Program-made: the position numbers and the translations under genes
Assembly: GCA_963801605.1 (NCBI GenBank)
Contig: CAWDFP010000006.1
Span: forward strand, 192,879 to 256,878
Direction: 5' to 3'
Source: an uncultured candidate division Zixibacteria bacterium
Lineage (GTDB): Bacteria > Zixibacteria > MSB-5A5 > UBA10806
Length of the DNA stretch: 64,000 nucleotides
The notes under the pieces: generated by a model
Databases searched by the model: none
Told to the model about the DNA's origin: nothing
The model's input: only the letters and a program-made list of their open reading frames with translations
Shown: one piece after another, positions 27,396-39,047 of the stretch
Layout of the letters: each line of letters begins with the position of its first letter
How positions within the stretch are numbered: the stretch's first letter is position 1

Positions 27396-29537
27396 TTATT
27401 TCAGCAGCATCATCTTGATCGTCTGGCTCTTCTCTCCTGTCTCCAAGCGGGCGAAGTAGAGGCCGGAGGGAAAAGCGGAGGCATTCCAAGTGAGATTGTG
27501 ATTGCCTGCGGTTTGAACGCCATTGAAGAGGACCGCCACCCGGCAGCCAAGAATGTCATAGATAGTAAGCTTGATATGGCCGCTTTCCGCAAGCGTGTAT
27601 CTTATGTTTGTTGTGGGGTTGAAAGGATTGGGGTAATTTGGGGAAAGGGAGAAATTCGACGGAAGACAGCGATCACTTTCAATACTCTGGGGAAAGCGTC
27701 CCAATATCAATAGCGAGGAAATATCCGTAAGATAAACCAAATCGGGTTCTGAAGAAACGCCCACCAATTCGCCAATAGATCCACAACTGTCGGCGATAAA
27801 TGGGCCAGCCGGGTTTGAAATGTCTATCATATAAAAGCCCCCCACAGCTTTGGCCACATAGGCATAATTTCCAGCAATCTCGAGATAGCGAGGCTCGTAG
27901 TATATCGAGCAATTGCCAACGATAACAGGATTGTAAGGGTTGGAAATGTCAAGCACCGTCAGACCGCTATCTAAGTCTGATACATAAGCATAATTGCCTT
28001 GTACATCGATTCCGTAAACTCTTCCGGGTGTCTGGTACGTTGAGGCTAATACAAGATTATAAGGGTTGGCGATATCAATGATTTTTAATCCACTGTATAA
28101 GCCTGTCACATAAACGAAGTTGCTTGCTACTTTCAAATCAACCGTTCCCGCCCCCGAAAAATCGTCAGCCAATATCGGATTAGTCATATCGGTAATATTG
28201 ACCGCCAGTAAGGCTCCGCTTCCTGCTAACAGATAGGCAAAATCTCCTTGTACCGCAACCCGCAATATATCTCCATAACGATATTGATAGCGACCCGCGC
28301 TAAGGGGGTTTGCCGGGTCGGCAACTTCAATGATTTGTAAACCGGAGTCGTTATCAGCGATGTATGCATAGTCGCCCCAAAGAGCGATATCCAAAGCCCG
28401 TCCCGGCGTTTCAAGAAACCCACAAACAACCGGATTGGCCGGGTCGGCCATATCTACTATTTTCAAACCGCCAACATCAAAGGCCGCGTAAACATAAATG
28501 CCCGAACAAGCGACATCCTGAGTCTCCCCCGAGACATCAAAGCTTCCCGCGAGTAAGGGTTCGGATGGATTGGAAATATCTACTATCTGAAGCGAACTCC
28601 CATCAGCTATAAAGGCAAAGTCAGCGGAAAGTAATATATCTGCGGCATATCCCGGGGTATCATAGCCCGAAAAATATGTAGGCTGCGCCGGATTCGTGAC
28701 ATCGACAATCTCCAGCCCGGTTTCATTACTCGATAGGTAAATATAGTTATCCTTTATGGCAATGTCGTTGGAGCCACTTGGGCCGTAATAGGAACCGACC
28801 GTATCGGGTTGGGAGGGGTCACCGACATCAATCACGATAAAGCCTAAATCCTCCATGAACTCCGGTAAAAATGTCAGTGCATAGACATAATCTCCGCATT
28901 CGACAAGCTTACCCCCGCGTTCATATACGGTGTACAAAGGAAAACTCCCGACAATCTGCGGATTCTGCGGATTTTCAACATTTGCTATGGTAAAATTATG
29001 GCCATATGCTCCGTTAAGGTAAGCATATTGCCCGGATACGCAAATACCGTAAAAATAGCCGCCCAAGACGCCCTCGAAGGAGGGATTGGCGGGATCTGAG
29101 ATATTATAGAATTTAAGGCCGGCACTTCCCAGCGCGATATAGACATATTGACCTTGAATGGAAAAATCAAATGCAGCGCCTAAATCTTCGATTGTTCCTA
29201 TACGCACTGGATTTATCGGATCGGCAATCGATAGAATTCTAAACGGACTATTCCTGCCGGAGCTCAAATAAGCATAATCGCCCGAGATTTTCAACTCACC
29301 TCCGGGTCCATCGATGGTGAGGCGGGTTAAGTAGGCGGGAGACTGCGGACTGGAAATATCGAGAATTTCTATGCCGTCGGAAAACACGCAATAGGCATAG
29401 TGATCTGATACCGCGACCGCGTAATTATAGCTCCACAGCGTTGAGCTAATGACCTGAAAGTTTTGGGCACGAGCGGGGCCGGTCCAGCAAATGCCTGTTA
29501 CCAAGGCCAAGATTACAATAATATTTAATCGTCTCAT
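27396..29537 (-). CDS. LVIVD-repeat T9SS cargo protein, array copy 6
   Basis: Signal peptide from ATG 29537 (MRRLNIIVILALVTG), many GDYAY..GLQI.D..NP units, and [17 protein letters not shown]...IKMMLLK. Confidence 0.85.
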   Translation of the reverse strand: MRRLNIIVILALVTGICWTGPARAQNFQVISSTLWSYNYAVAVSDHYAYCVFSDGIEILDISSPQSPAYLTRLTIDGPGGELKISGDYAYLSSGRNSPFRILSIADPINPVRIGTIEDLGAAFDFSIQGQYVYIALGSAGLKFYNISDPANPSFEGVLGGYFYGICVSGQYAYLNGAYGHNFTIANVENPQNPQIVGSFPLYTVYERGGKLVECGDYVYALTFLPEFMEDLGFIVIDVGDPSQPDTVGSYYGPSGSNDIAIKDNYIYLSSNETGLEIVDVTNPAQPTYFSGYDTPGYAADILLSADFAFIADGSSLQIVDISNPSEPLLAGSFDVSGETQDVACSGIYVYAAFDVGGLKIVDMADPANPVVCGFLETPGRALDIALWGDYAYIADNDSGLQIIEVADPANPLSAGRYQYRYGDILRVAVQGDFAYLLAGSGALLAVNITDMTNPILADDFSGAGTVDLKVASNFVYVTGLYSGLKIIDIANPYNLVLASTYQTPGRVYGIDVQGNYAYVSDLDSGLTVLDISNPYNPVIVGNCSIYYEPRYLEIAGNYAYVAKAVGGFYMIDISNPAGPFIADSCGSIGELVGVSSEPDLVYLTDISSLLILGRFPQSIESDRCLPSNFSLSPNYPNPFNPTTNIRYTLAESGHIKLTIYDILGCRVAVLFNGVQTAGNHNLTWNASAFPSGLYFARLETGEKSQTIKMMLLK

Positions 29538-29664
29538 AACTCGCCTCGCGTCACCTGTGATAATTTTCAAAGGCTGTGCTGATTTTTTAAAATAGATCCG
29601 GTACAGATAGATAAAGATACTGATTTCCAGGCATTTAACAAGAAAAAGGCGGGACGGCGTTCCA

Positions 29665-31782
29665 TTACTTCAGCAGCATCATCTTGATCGTCTGGCCTTT
29701 TTCCCCTGCCTCCAAGCGGGCAAAGTAGAGGCCGGAGGGAGAGGCGGAAGCGTTCCAGGTTATCTTGTGTTCGCCGGCTGGCTTCTGGCCGTCAAATAGA
29801 GTCTCCACCTTTTGACCAAGAAGATTGTAAATTGCCAAGCTCACAAGTCCGGGCTCAGAGAGAGAATAACGTATTGAGGTAGCCGCATTGAACGGATTAG
29901 GATAATTTTCGAGAAGAGAATATTCTTTTGGGTTTGGATTGAAATTTTCGATACCAATTTGATTCAGTCTTAGAATTGTTAGCGAATAGCCCTCCGCAAT
30001 ATAAATATTCTCCTGATCAATGCTGATACCCTGTATAATGCCCGGCGTTCGAGTGCTATCTATCAATGTTGGATTTGCGGGATTAGACACGTCTACTACA
30101 AAGAGATTCTCATCATTACCAATGTAAGCCAGATCGTCCGATACCTCTAAAACGAATGAGTACTGTTGAAATCTAAATTTACCAACTAATGTTGGCTGAG
30201 AGGGATTGGATACATTAATCACATACAAACCACTATCCTGTACTGTTAAATAGGCATAATTGCTGGAAACATCAATTCCAAAGGCAGGTTTCGGAGTGGC
30301 GTACCGAGCGGTAAAAACGGGATTAGTGGGATCAGTTACATTTAAGATGCTCATTCCGAAAGAGCCATCGGCCACGTAAGCATAATTCCCCGCAACATCA
30401 ACATTACAGCATACACCACTTGAATCAAACCGACCGGCCACTACAGGATTAAGCGGATTTGATATATCCAATATCCTCAGTCCATCGATCGAGCAGGTTA
30501 CATAGGCATATTGTCCAAAAATATGGACGTTTTCAACGGAAGCATGATCGATCAGGCAGCGCTCCACAGCCAGGGGATTGGATGGATCTGCAACACTGAT
30601 AATTTGGAGACCTGAATCGTGCTCAGCCACATAAATGTATTCACCAGATTGACAAATTTTTTCGGCATATCCCGATGTTTCGCATTGTCCACTAAGCTGC
30701 GGATACATCGGATCGCCGATATTCAATACTTTCAAACCGCCATCGCTATCGGCAACATAAGCATAACTTCCAGAAACGGTGACATCCTCCACTAGCCCGG
30801 ATGCGTCATGGAGGCCAATGAATGTGGGATTGCCAGGATTGGTAATATTAACTATTTGAAGAGATGTCAGGTCGCTTAGATAAGCATCGCTTCCTGAAAG
30901 AAAGATGTCATAAGTGTAACCGGGGGTATCAAAGCTGGAATAAAGTATTGGCTGTGCAGGATTTGAGACATCGACAATTTCCAAGCCGCTCATATATTCC
31001 GCTAAATAAATATAATTATCTCTTTGGGAAATACCGAAAGTGCCGGATGTGCCAGTATAATGGCTGACCATTTCTGGGCTGATGGAGTTGGATATGTCGA
31101 CCACCCAAAAACCCATTTCCTCGGATGCTACATAAGCATAATTACCTTCTACCGTTATTTTTTTGCCGCCTCCCAATAAGCTGCAACTACCAACTAATTC
31201 AGGACTCTGAGGATATCTCACATTAATAACGTCTAAAGAACCTTCGTAAAAGTTGCTGGCATAGGCATAATTCCCCAAAACATATACACCACCATAAGCA
31301 CCAGAGGCGATGATCCCCTCCAGAGTTGGATTGGCCGGATTTGAAATACCCAAAATATTCAAGCCTAGAAATCCAGCGGCGATATAAGCATAATTGCCAT
31401 CGATACACAGGTCGCTTGTATAGTCCTGCAAATCATAGCTACCTTCCAAAACGAGGTTAGCCGGATTGGCGATATTTATAATCTGAAACAAGCCCTCATA
31501 TCCGGATAACAAATAGGCATAATCGCCAACAATTTTTAGCTCGCCTTCCCTTGAGGGGAATAAAACCGTGGCAATTTCTAATGGAGATGCCTGGTTGGCG
31601 ATATCTAAAATCTTCAAACCTTCGGAATACAGGCAATAAGCATAATTACCGGAGACCTCGATCCCATAGACATTGCTCCAGAGGGTCGAAGCGACATATT
31701 CAATATTCTGGGCGGGTACAAGATTGGCGGAATAAATGACTGCAAAAACCGATAAAATCAAAATCTTAATAAATCGTCCCAT
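29665..31782 (-). CDS. LVIVD-repeat T9SS cargo protein, array copy 5
   Basis: GGGAGG SD, signal peptide MGRFIKILILSVFAVIYSANLVPAQ, LVIVD units and a T9SS CTD. Confidence 0.9.
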   Translation of the reverse strand: MGRFIKILILSVFAVIYSANLVPAQNIEYVASTLWSNVYGIEVSGNYAYCLYSEGLKILDIANQASPLEIATVLFPSREGELKIVGDYAYLLSGYEGLFQIINIANPANLVLEGSYDLQDYTSDLCIDGNYAYIAAGFLGLNILGISNPANPTLEGIIASGAYGGVYVLGNYAYASNFYEGSLDVINVRYPQSPELVGSCSLLGGGKKITVEGNYAYVASEEMGFWVVDISNSISPEMVSHYTGTSGTFGISQRDNYIYLAEYMSGLEIVDVSNPAQPILYSSFDTPGYTYDIFLSGSDAYLSDLTSLQIVNITNPGNPTFIGLHDASGLVEDVTVSGSYAYVADSDGGLKVLNIGDPMYPQLSGQCETSGYAEKICQSGEYIYVAEHDSGLQIISVADPSNPLAVERCLIDHASVENVHIFGQYAYVTCSIDGLRILDISNPLNPVVAGRFDSSGVCCNVDVAGNYAYVADGSFGMSILNVTDPTNPVFTARYATPKPAFGIDVSSNYAYLTVQDSGLYVINVSNPSQPTLVGKFRFQQYSFVLEVSDDLAYIGNDENLFVVDVSNPANPTLIDSTRTPGIIQGISIDQENIYIAEGYSLTILRLNQIGIENFNPNPKEYSLLENYPNPFNAATSIRYSLSEPGLVSLAIYNLLGQKVETLFDGQKPAGEHKITWNASASPSGLYFARLEAGEKGQTIKMMLLK

Positions 31783-31914
31783 GCTTTCCTCCCATCATCC
31801 CGGTCAGATTCAATTAATTAGATTGTACAGACGCTGTGCCAGCAGCGTCATCGTCCTAAAAGGATTATATACTACTTGCTCCGAGATAACAAGCCAAGCA
31901 TGGGCGGCGTTCCA

Positions 31915-34045
31915 TTACTTCAGCAGCGTCATCTTGATCGTCTCGGTTTTATCCCCTGCCTCCAACCGTGCGAAATAAATGCCGGAGGGAAAAGCGGAGG
32001 CATCCCAAGTGAGATTGTGAATGCCCGCGGTTTGAGCGCCATACGAAGGGGACCGCCACCCGGCAACCAAGAATATCATAAATCTCAAGTTTGATATGGC
32101 CATTTTCGGGAAGCGAATAGCTTATGGAGGTTGTGGGGTTGAAAGGGTTGGGGTAGTTACGCAAAAGAGAGTAACTTTCCGGAATGCTGCCTGCTTCTTC
32201 AAGGCCGGTGGGGCTAACTCTCAAAATAATCATCGAGTTTACATCGGAGACATAAACATAATCTCCGGCCACATATACGTCTCCCGCCCCGCCAGGGGTA
32301 TCATAGCCGCCGATAAGCTGGGGATGGCCGGGATCGGAGATATCGATCATTTCGACACCGGAGAGACCATCGGCTAAAAAAGCATGATCGCCGGAGACGA
32401 AAACGCCGCCGGCCTGCCCCGGCGAATCAAATTGTCCTACCAGGGTCGGAAGCTCCGGATCGGCGATACTTATAATCAACAGCCCGGCCTCATTATCAGC
32501 CACATAAACATAATCACCCGACATAGATAATCCCCAGGCAACATCGGGAGTCTGATAGAACCCAATCGTAACCGGATTATCGGGGTCAGAGATATCGAGG
32601 ATATCGAGCCTTCCCCCGTAGGCAGCAAGGCAGGCATAACCTCCGTCAACAGCGATATCGGTGAACGTACCAGAGATTTCCAAGCTATCTGCAAGTACGG
32701 GATTTGCAGGATTGGTGATATCAACCACTAGAAGGCCCCGCGACCAACTCCAATTGGGTAAATAGGCGTAATGGCCTGAAATGGCTATTCCGACAATGTG
32801 TCCTCCCAGATTAAGGCCGCCGATAGCTTGAGGATTGATGGGGTCCGAAATGCTAATTATTTCCAAAAGCCCTTCATAACCTGCTTCATAAATATAGTTG
32901 CCACTGACGGCGGTTTGGAAATCATCTGTTAGCGTCATAGATGAGCCGACGCAAATCGGATTTGAGGGATTGCCTATATCCATTACTTGAAGTCCGCCCG
33001 GCCCGGTAGCTACGTAGGCATAGGGCCCGGCAACCATAATATCTCCAGTCGGACCTGCCAGGCCGTAGCTGCCAGCGGAAAATGGGGCAGAGGGGTCGGC
33101 TACATTAATTATTTGAATGGATGATTCATCGGAGATATAGGCGTAGTCTCCGTAGATAGCGACATCTTGGGCGTTATCGGGTGTATCGCAAAAGCCCGAT
33201 AAAACCATATTGGCCGGATCTGAAATATCCACAATATCAAGGCCGGCATGGTATGTGGAAAGGTAGGCGTAATGGCCGGCGACACAGATGCCATAAGAGC
33301 CATCGCGGGATGTATAAAGCCCGACAGAAAAAGGATGCGACGGTTCTGTTATATCGATCGCCTGAATGCCGACTTCCTCTATGGCCAAGTAAGCGTAATT
33401 TCCTGCAATGTTGATTTCACTGTTGTATTCCCGAATGTAGCAGAAGCCCATAGGTATGGGATTTGACAGATCCGAGATATCTATGATTTCAAGCACCGTG
33501 CTAAAGCCGCTGTAGACGTTGGCATAGAGGTAATTGCCGGAAACATAGATTTCACTATAGCACTCTCCCATATTGATATTTGCCACCAATATTGGGGCTG
33601 AGGGATCGGTGACATCCAGGACATCCAAACCATATCCATTTCTCGCGAGAAAAACGTAATTACCATCGATGACGGCGTCAAAGGCCTCAGGAACATCATA
33701 ATGATATATTAAAGCGGGATTGGAGGGATCAGATATATCTACGATGCACAATCCAGTCCAGACATTTAGCAGGTAGGCGTAATTTCCGTATAATTTGATT
33801 TTATTTCTATCGGTCCCCAGAGAATTGCTAAAATATGGAAGGATTAACCGTCCAACAGGCGTCGGGTAGATAGGATTGGTAATATCCAATATTTGGAGGC
33901 CGTTGGCATAAAGACTGTAGGCATAGTGACCATCGATCTCGGTATCGAAAACGTCGGTCCAAAGCGAGGAACTTTCAAATTCAAGGATTTGGGCATATAG
34001 CGCTCCGTTGAACAGAAGGATGAAAAAGAGTATCCAGCGTTTCAA
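31915..34045 (-). CDS. LVIVD-repeat T9SS cargo protein, array copy 4 (frameshift in CTD)
   Basis: AAGGAGG SD plus TTG 34045 ([19 protein letters not shown]). A 1-nt shift at the G4 run 32048-32051 joins ..RVAVP to [17 protein letters not shown]...IKMTLLK (track ORF 31915..32103). Confidence 0.8.
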
Positions 34046-34231
34046 GTGTCCTCCTTTGGTAGATGAAAACCCAGCGCCCGCGATTTCTTTCTTAAATAAA
34101 TAAATTTCCCGTATCAACTCTAAAACGCACCCTGACAACAGAATGAAAAGTATTACAGTTCCACAATTTGCGGTAATCGCTGGTCCGGACGTTGAGTATC
34201 GGTTTTGCGAAAGAGAGAATTAGCGCCGCAT

Positions 34232-36361
34232 TTATTTGAGCAGCATCATCTTGATCGTCTCGGTTTTCTCCCCTGCTTCCAACCGGGCAAAGTAGAGGCC
34301 GGAGGGAAAGTCGGAGGCGTTCCAAATAATTTATGCAAGCCGGCAGTTTGTGTGCCATCGTAGGGAGCGTGTTACCTGCTGGCCAAGTATATTATAGATC
34401 GTAATCCTAACATGGCCGCTTGATGGCAGAGAATATCTGATACTCGTGGTTGCGTTGAAAGGATTGGGGTAGGCAGTAGGAAACGAGATTGCCTCAGGCT
34501 GCGCGCTGCCGGGATCGATACCCTCCGAGTGCAGTCTGACTACCAATAGAGCCGTCAAATCCGCCAAATAGATATGATTCTGGCTCTCCGCTATTCCTCG
34601 AACATAGCCCGGTGTTCGCAGGCTGTCAACAATAGTTGGATGATAAGGATCGGCCACATCAATTACATAAAAGTAACGGTCATCACCTCCAACATAAGCC
34701 AGATTGCCGCAAATATAAACTGTGTAACCGCCACCTTGAATGGGGCACCTGGAAATATACTCCGGGAGCAACGGGTTGGAAATATCAACTATAGCCAGGC
34801 AGTCATCCATCTCATTGCCGTCGTCCTTTCCGGCTACATAAGCATAATCTCCGGAGACTGCTACCCCGAAAATACTACCTGTCGGTCTGTACCGCCCGGC
34901 CACCGTGGGGTGCGTTGGATCGGTGATATTATAAATACCGAGACCGGCAAAACCGTCCGCGATATAAGCGTAATTGCCCTCTGTGACAACGTCAAGGCTA
35001 AATTGCACCGAATCATATTGCCCAACCAGCGTTGGAATGGAAGGATTTGATATATCCACAACTTGAAGTCCTTCCACTCCAGTGGCCACATAGGCATATG
35101 ATCCGCCGACTTCGACAGCAAGGGCCTCCTCGCCTAATCGACAGCTGCTTTCGATCTGAGGATTGGAGGGGTCGGCGATGTTAATTATTTGAAGGGAGCC
35201 GCTATCGCCGGATGCTATATAGGCATAGGCTCCCTGGGTAACAACATCATTGGCGTAACCCGGCAGCGCAAGACTTCCAATTTGCGCAGGGTCTGTTGGA
35301 TCAGTGATATTAACTATCTTTAAACCAGCCAGCCCATCGGCGACATAGGCATAACCTCCTGATGTTACCACTCCCACCGGGTTTCCCGAAGCGTCGTAGC
35401 TTCCAGCCAAGGATGGATGGGAAGGGTTGGAAATATCGATTACCTGAAGAGAGTAAAGATCAGCCATGAAAACATAATTACCTGAGATCTTCAGATCATA
35501 AGGATAACCGGGAGAATCATAGAATCCGACCCGGACGGGATTGCCTGGATTTGAGATATCGACAATATCGAGGCCGATCATATATGAAGCCAAAAAAGCA
35601 TAGCTGCCCTCAACTCCCATGCCAAAAGTATCAAATCCCCCATGATAATGGCCTACCTCGAACGGATTATTGGAATTGCTGACATTTATTATCGTAAAAT
35701 CTGTTTCCTCGCCCGGCACATAGGCATAATTTCCCGATACAATCACCTGCCAGCCGTGGTCATACGTTGGGCAGCTGCCGACAAATTCCGGAGTGGCAGG
35801 GTAGCTAATATCAAGGATTTGTATGTTGAAATCCGCTGCCAGGTAAGCGCATTGCCCCTTGACATAGACACCTCCGTAATCGCCGTAATTTACGTTTCCC
35901 TCAAGGAATGGATTGTCGGGATTGGAAATATCCACAATCTTTAATCCATTGTAGCTGCATGCCACGTATGCGTATCGTCCCAAAACAAAAACGTCGCCGG
36001 CAAACCAGCCAAGCTCGGCTCTCCCTAGCATAACAGGATGAGCAGGATCCGCAACGCTGACAATCTGAAGGATACCGTTGTAGCCGGAAGTAATATAAAC
36101 ATAGTTGCTATCGACAAAAAGGCTGCCATATTCCGAGGGAAACATGGTCTGACTGATTTCCACCGGTGTTAGAGGGTTGGCAATATCAATTATCTTAAAG
36201 CCGTTTGCATAAAGGAGGTAAGCATAATTGCCGGCGATTTCGACATGATCGGTTTCAGCCCAAAGACTTGAGCCAACCATTTGGATGTTTTGCGAAAACG
36301 CGAGGCCCGAGACAAATGCCAGGATAGCAGCAATTCGTATCAGAGTTTGCATCATGGTCAA
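34232..36361 (-). CDS. LVIVD-repeat T9SS cargo protein, array copy 3 (out-of-frame patch with TAA in CTD)
   Basis: The track ORF ends at TAA 34331-34333. The same frame resumes as [31 protein letters not shown] and ends at 34232. The 16 codons in between read correctly (YDGTQTAGLHKL) only in another frame. Confidence 0.8.
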
Positions 36362-36408
36362 CCTTCAACAATCCTTGAATATTTTATTAATGCCAAAAAT
36401 TCATTCCA

Positions 36409-38530
36409 CTATTTTAGCAGCATCATCTTGATAGTTTGGCTCTTCTCCCCTGCTTCCAAGCGGGCGAAGTAGAGGCCGGAGGGGAAGGCGGAGGCATCCC
36501 AGGTGAGATTGTGATTGCCTGCGGTTTGAGCGCCATTAAATGGAACAGCCACTCGATGGCCCAGGATATCGTAGATCTCAAGCTTGATATGGGCCATTTT
36601 CCGGACAGCGAGTAGCTTATGGTAGGTCGTAGGATTAAAAGGGTTGGGATAATTCCCAAAAATCGAAAACAAATTCGGAGTGATGTTGTGTTCCTCAACA
36701 CCGACAGAATTGAACCTCATGATGGTGAGCGCCGTAACATCGGCAAGATAAATATAATCTTGATCTATAAATATTCCCCTGGCGTGGCCCCCCATATAGC
36801 AAGTATCAGATAAAACCGGATGCGCCGGATCGGAAATATTTACTGCATAAAAACTATTCCCATCCTGTCCTACAAAAGCATAATCGCCTGAAATTGAGAC
36901 GCTATAAATGCTCTCATCCGTCAGAAATCTGCTAACCAAAGTGGGACTAGAAGGATTGGAAATATTAACCACGTAAACGCCGTAATTATAATTGGCCAGA
37001 TAAGCATAATTTCCGGATATGGCTACGCCAAATACCAATCCGGAAATTGGGTATCTGCCGGTGAGCGTCGGATAGTGTGGATCAGAAATGTTGATAATGG
37101 TAAGGCCGTGAGAACCGTCGGCAATATACGCGTAATTGTCAACCACTTGTACATCGAGGCAATTCACACCTGCGTCATACCAACCCACGGCAGATGGAAT
37201 TGACGGATCACTTATGTCGATCATTATAAGACCCTCCAAGCCGTGGCAGACATAAGCATAATTCCCGCTGACCTGCACCTGATAAGTATCCTCTCCTATC
37301 AGGCAAGATCCTACAGGCTGAGGGTTAGCGGGATCGGTAATATCAACGACCTGAAGGCCGAATATGTTATCGGCTATATATGCATAGTTACCCTCGACCC
37401 AGATGCCATCGGCATCTCCAAAAGAATCATTACTTCCCAAAATTTGTGGGGCGGCCGGATCGTCAACGCTCAATATTATAAGGCCCTTATTGCCGTCCGC
37501 GACATAGGCGCGATTTCCCAAAACATAAACATCATTGACAGCCCCGGATGCATCATAGCTTCCGGTAAAAGTGGGAATTGATGGTTCCGTGATATCTATT
37601 ATTTGAAGAGAAGACTCGTCTGCAGAATAGGCATAATTGCCCGAAAGAAAAACTTCGAACATAGAACCGGGTGTGTTGTAGCTGGAAAGGAGCGCAGGAT
37701 TTGCAGGATCGGTCACATCAACTATCTCCAGCCCGGATAGATATTCAGCCAGGTAAACATAATTATCCCTGACTGTTATGCCAAAAGAGACGGATGTGCC
37801 ATTATAATGACTTACGGTATCCGGATGGATAGGATTGCTTATATCGATTACCCAAAAGCCCATTTCGTATGACGTAACATAGGCATAGTCTCCGGCTATT
37901 GTAAGCTTGCCTACTTCATACCCGAGGTAGCAACTGCCGACAAATTCGGGGCTTTGCGGATACGATACATTTATGACATCTAAGCTCGCCTCGAAATAAT
38001 TAGATACATAAGCATATCGCCCGGATACGAAAATACCATTGTAACCGCCGGCCGCAATGCAGCCTTCCAACGTTGGATTACCCGGATTCGAAATATCAAA
38101 TATTTTCAGGCCTTCATAATCGGTGGTTATGTAGGCATAGCGGCCATCGATGAATATGTCACTCGAATAAGCCTGACACTCATAACCGCCTTCCGGGGTG
38201 GGATTGGCAGGATCGGATATATTAAAAATTTGAAAACGACCTTCATATCCCGACACGACATAGGCGTAGTCGCCGGAAATTTTCAAGGCCCCATCGTGCG
38301 TGGGGAAAAAGGCATTACTAACTAACACCGGAGAAGTCGAATTGGTGATATCGAGAATCTGAAGCCCGTTGGTATAGAGGCAATAAGCGTAATTACCGGA
38401 GATCTCGACCCCATAGAGATCGGCCCAAAGAGTCGATGACACAATCTCAAGATTCTGGGCTTGTACCGAATTGGTGGAAAAAGTATAGTGCAAGCATCGC
38501 GACGATTGATATCTGAAGAAGTCGTCCCAT
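36409..38530 (-). CDS. LVIVD-repeat T9SS cargo protein, array copy 2 (5' frameshift; out-of-frame patch in CTD)
   Basis: The true start is ATG 38530 (MGRLLQISIVAMLAL..), as in the duplicated copy at 38895. An extra T near 38486 shifts the frame. The CTD patch 36592-36624 reads TTYHKLLAVRKMAH where paralogs read TTxISYSLxxNGH. Confidence 0.8.
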
Positions 38531-39047
38531 CAAAGCTCCCGCCAACCCTATCGCAAATATCGTTATTCAGATAATAAAACCGCAAAGCAGATAGCGGCTA
38601 TCGCTCAAAAGCAAATAATAGCTAACTATCTCTGTGATAACAAGGAAAAGATTGCTATCCGTTCCATTATTTAAGGAGAACCACCAACCAACATCGGTGA
38701 GGCCGGATCGGTGATATTCAGAACCTGCAGGCCGTTGGTATAGAGGCAATAAGCGTAATTACCGGAAACCTCGACTCCATATAGATCGGCCCAAAGAGTC
38801 GATGACACAATCTCGAGATTTTGGGCTTGTACCGAATTGGTGGAAAAAGTAAGTGCAAGCATCGCGACGATTGATATCTGAAGAAGTCGTCCCATCAAAG
38901 CTCCCGCCGACCCTATCGCAAATATCGTTATTCAGATAATAAAACCGCAAAGTAGATAGCGGCTATCGCTCAAATCAGATAATAGCTAACCATCACTGTG
39001 ATAACAAGGAAAAGATTGCTATGCGTTCCATTATTTGAGGAGAACCA
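38344..39047. repeat. tandem direct duplication, two units of about 345-365 bp
   Basis: Units 38344-38687 and 38710-39047 align with about two dozen differences. Each holds the last 17 nt of a CTD, an intergenic promoter (TTGTTA-17-TATTAT on the minus strand at 38615-38643 and 38979-39007), an SD and about the first 60 codons (roughly 185 nt) of an LVIVD gene. Confidence 0.85.
38671..38898 (-). pseudogene. collapsed LVIVD paralog remnant (first ~70 codons fused to the last 17 nt of a CTD)
   Basis: MGRLLQISIVAMLALTFSTNSVQAQNLEIVSSTLWADLYGVEVSGNYAYCLYTNGLQVLNITDPASPMLVGGSP*. The junction runs into ..GGTTCTCCTTAAATAA, which is the VLLK-stop end of a CTD read out of frame. Confidence 0.75.

Noticed and set aside
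28364-37581. Numerous 60-160-aa ORFs on the plus strand inside the LVIVD genes, e.g. 28364..28612, 32096..32377, 34574..35050, 35642..35944 and 37243..37581.
   Set aside because: They are antisense shadows of long, motif-rich minus-strand genes. Their translations are low-complexity, with no SD or recognisable motifs.
38322-38950. ORFs 38322..38585, 38567..38749 and 38759..38950 as genes.
   Set aside because: They are frame shadows of the duplicated LVIVD 5' region and its upstream non-coding sequence.
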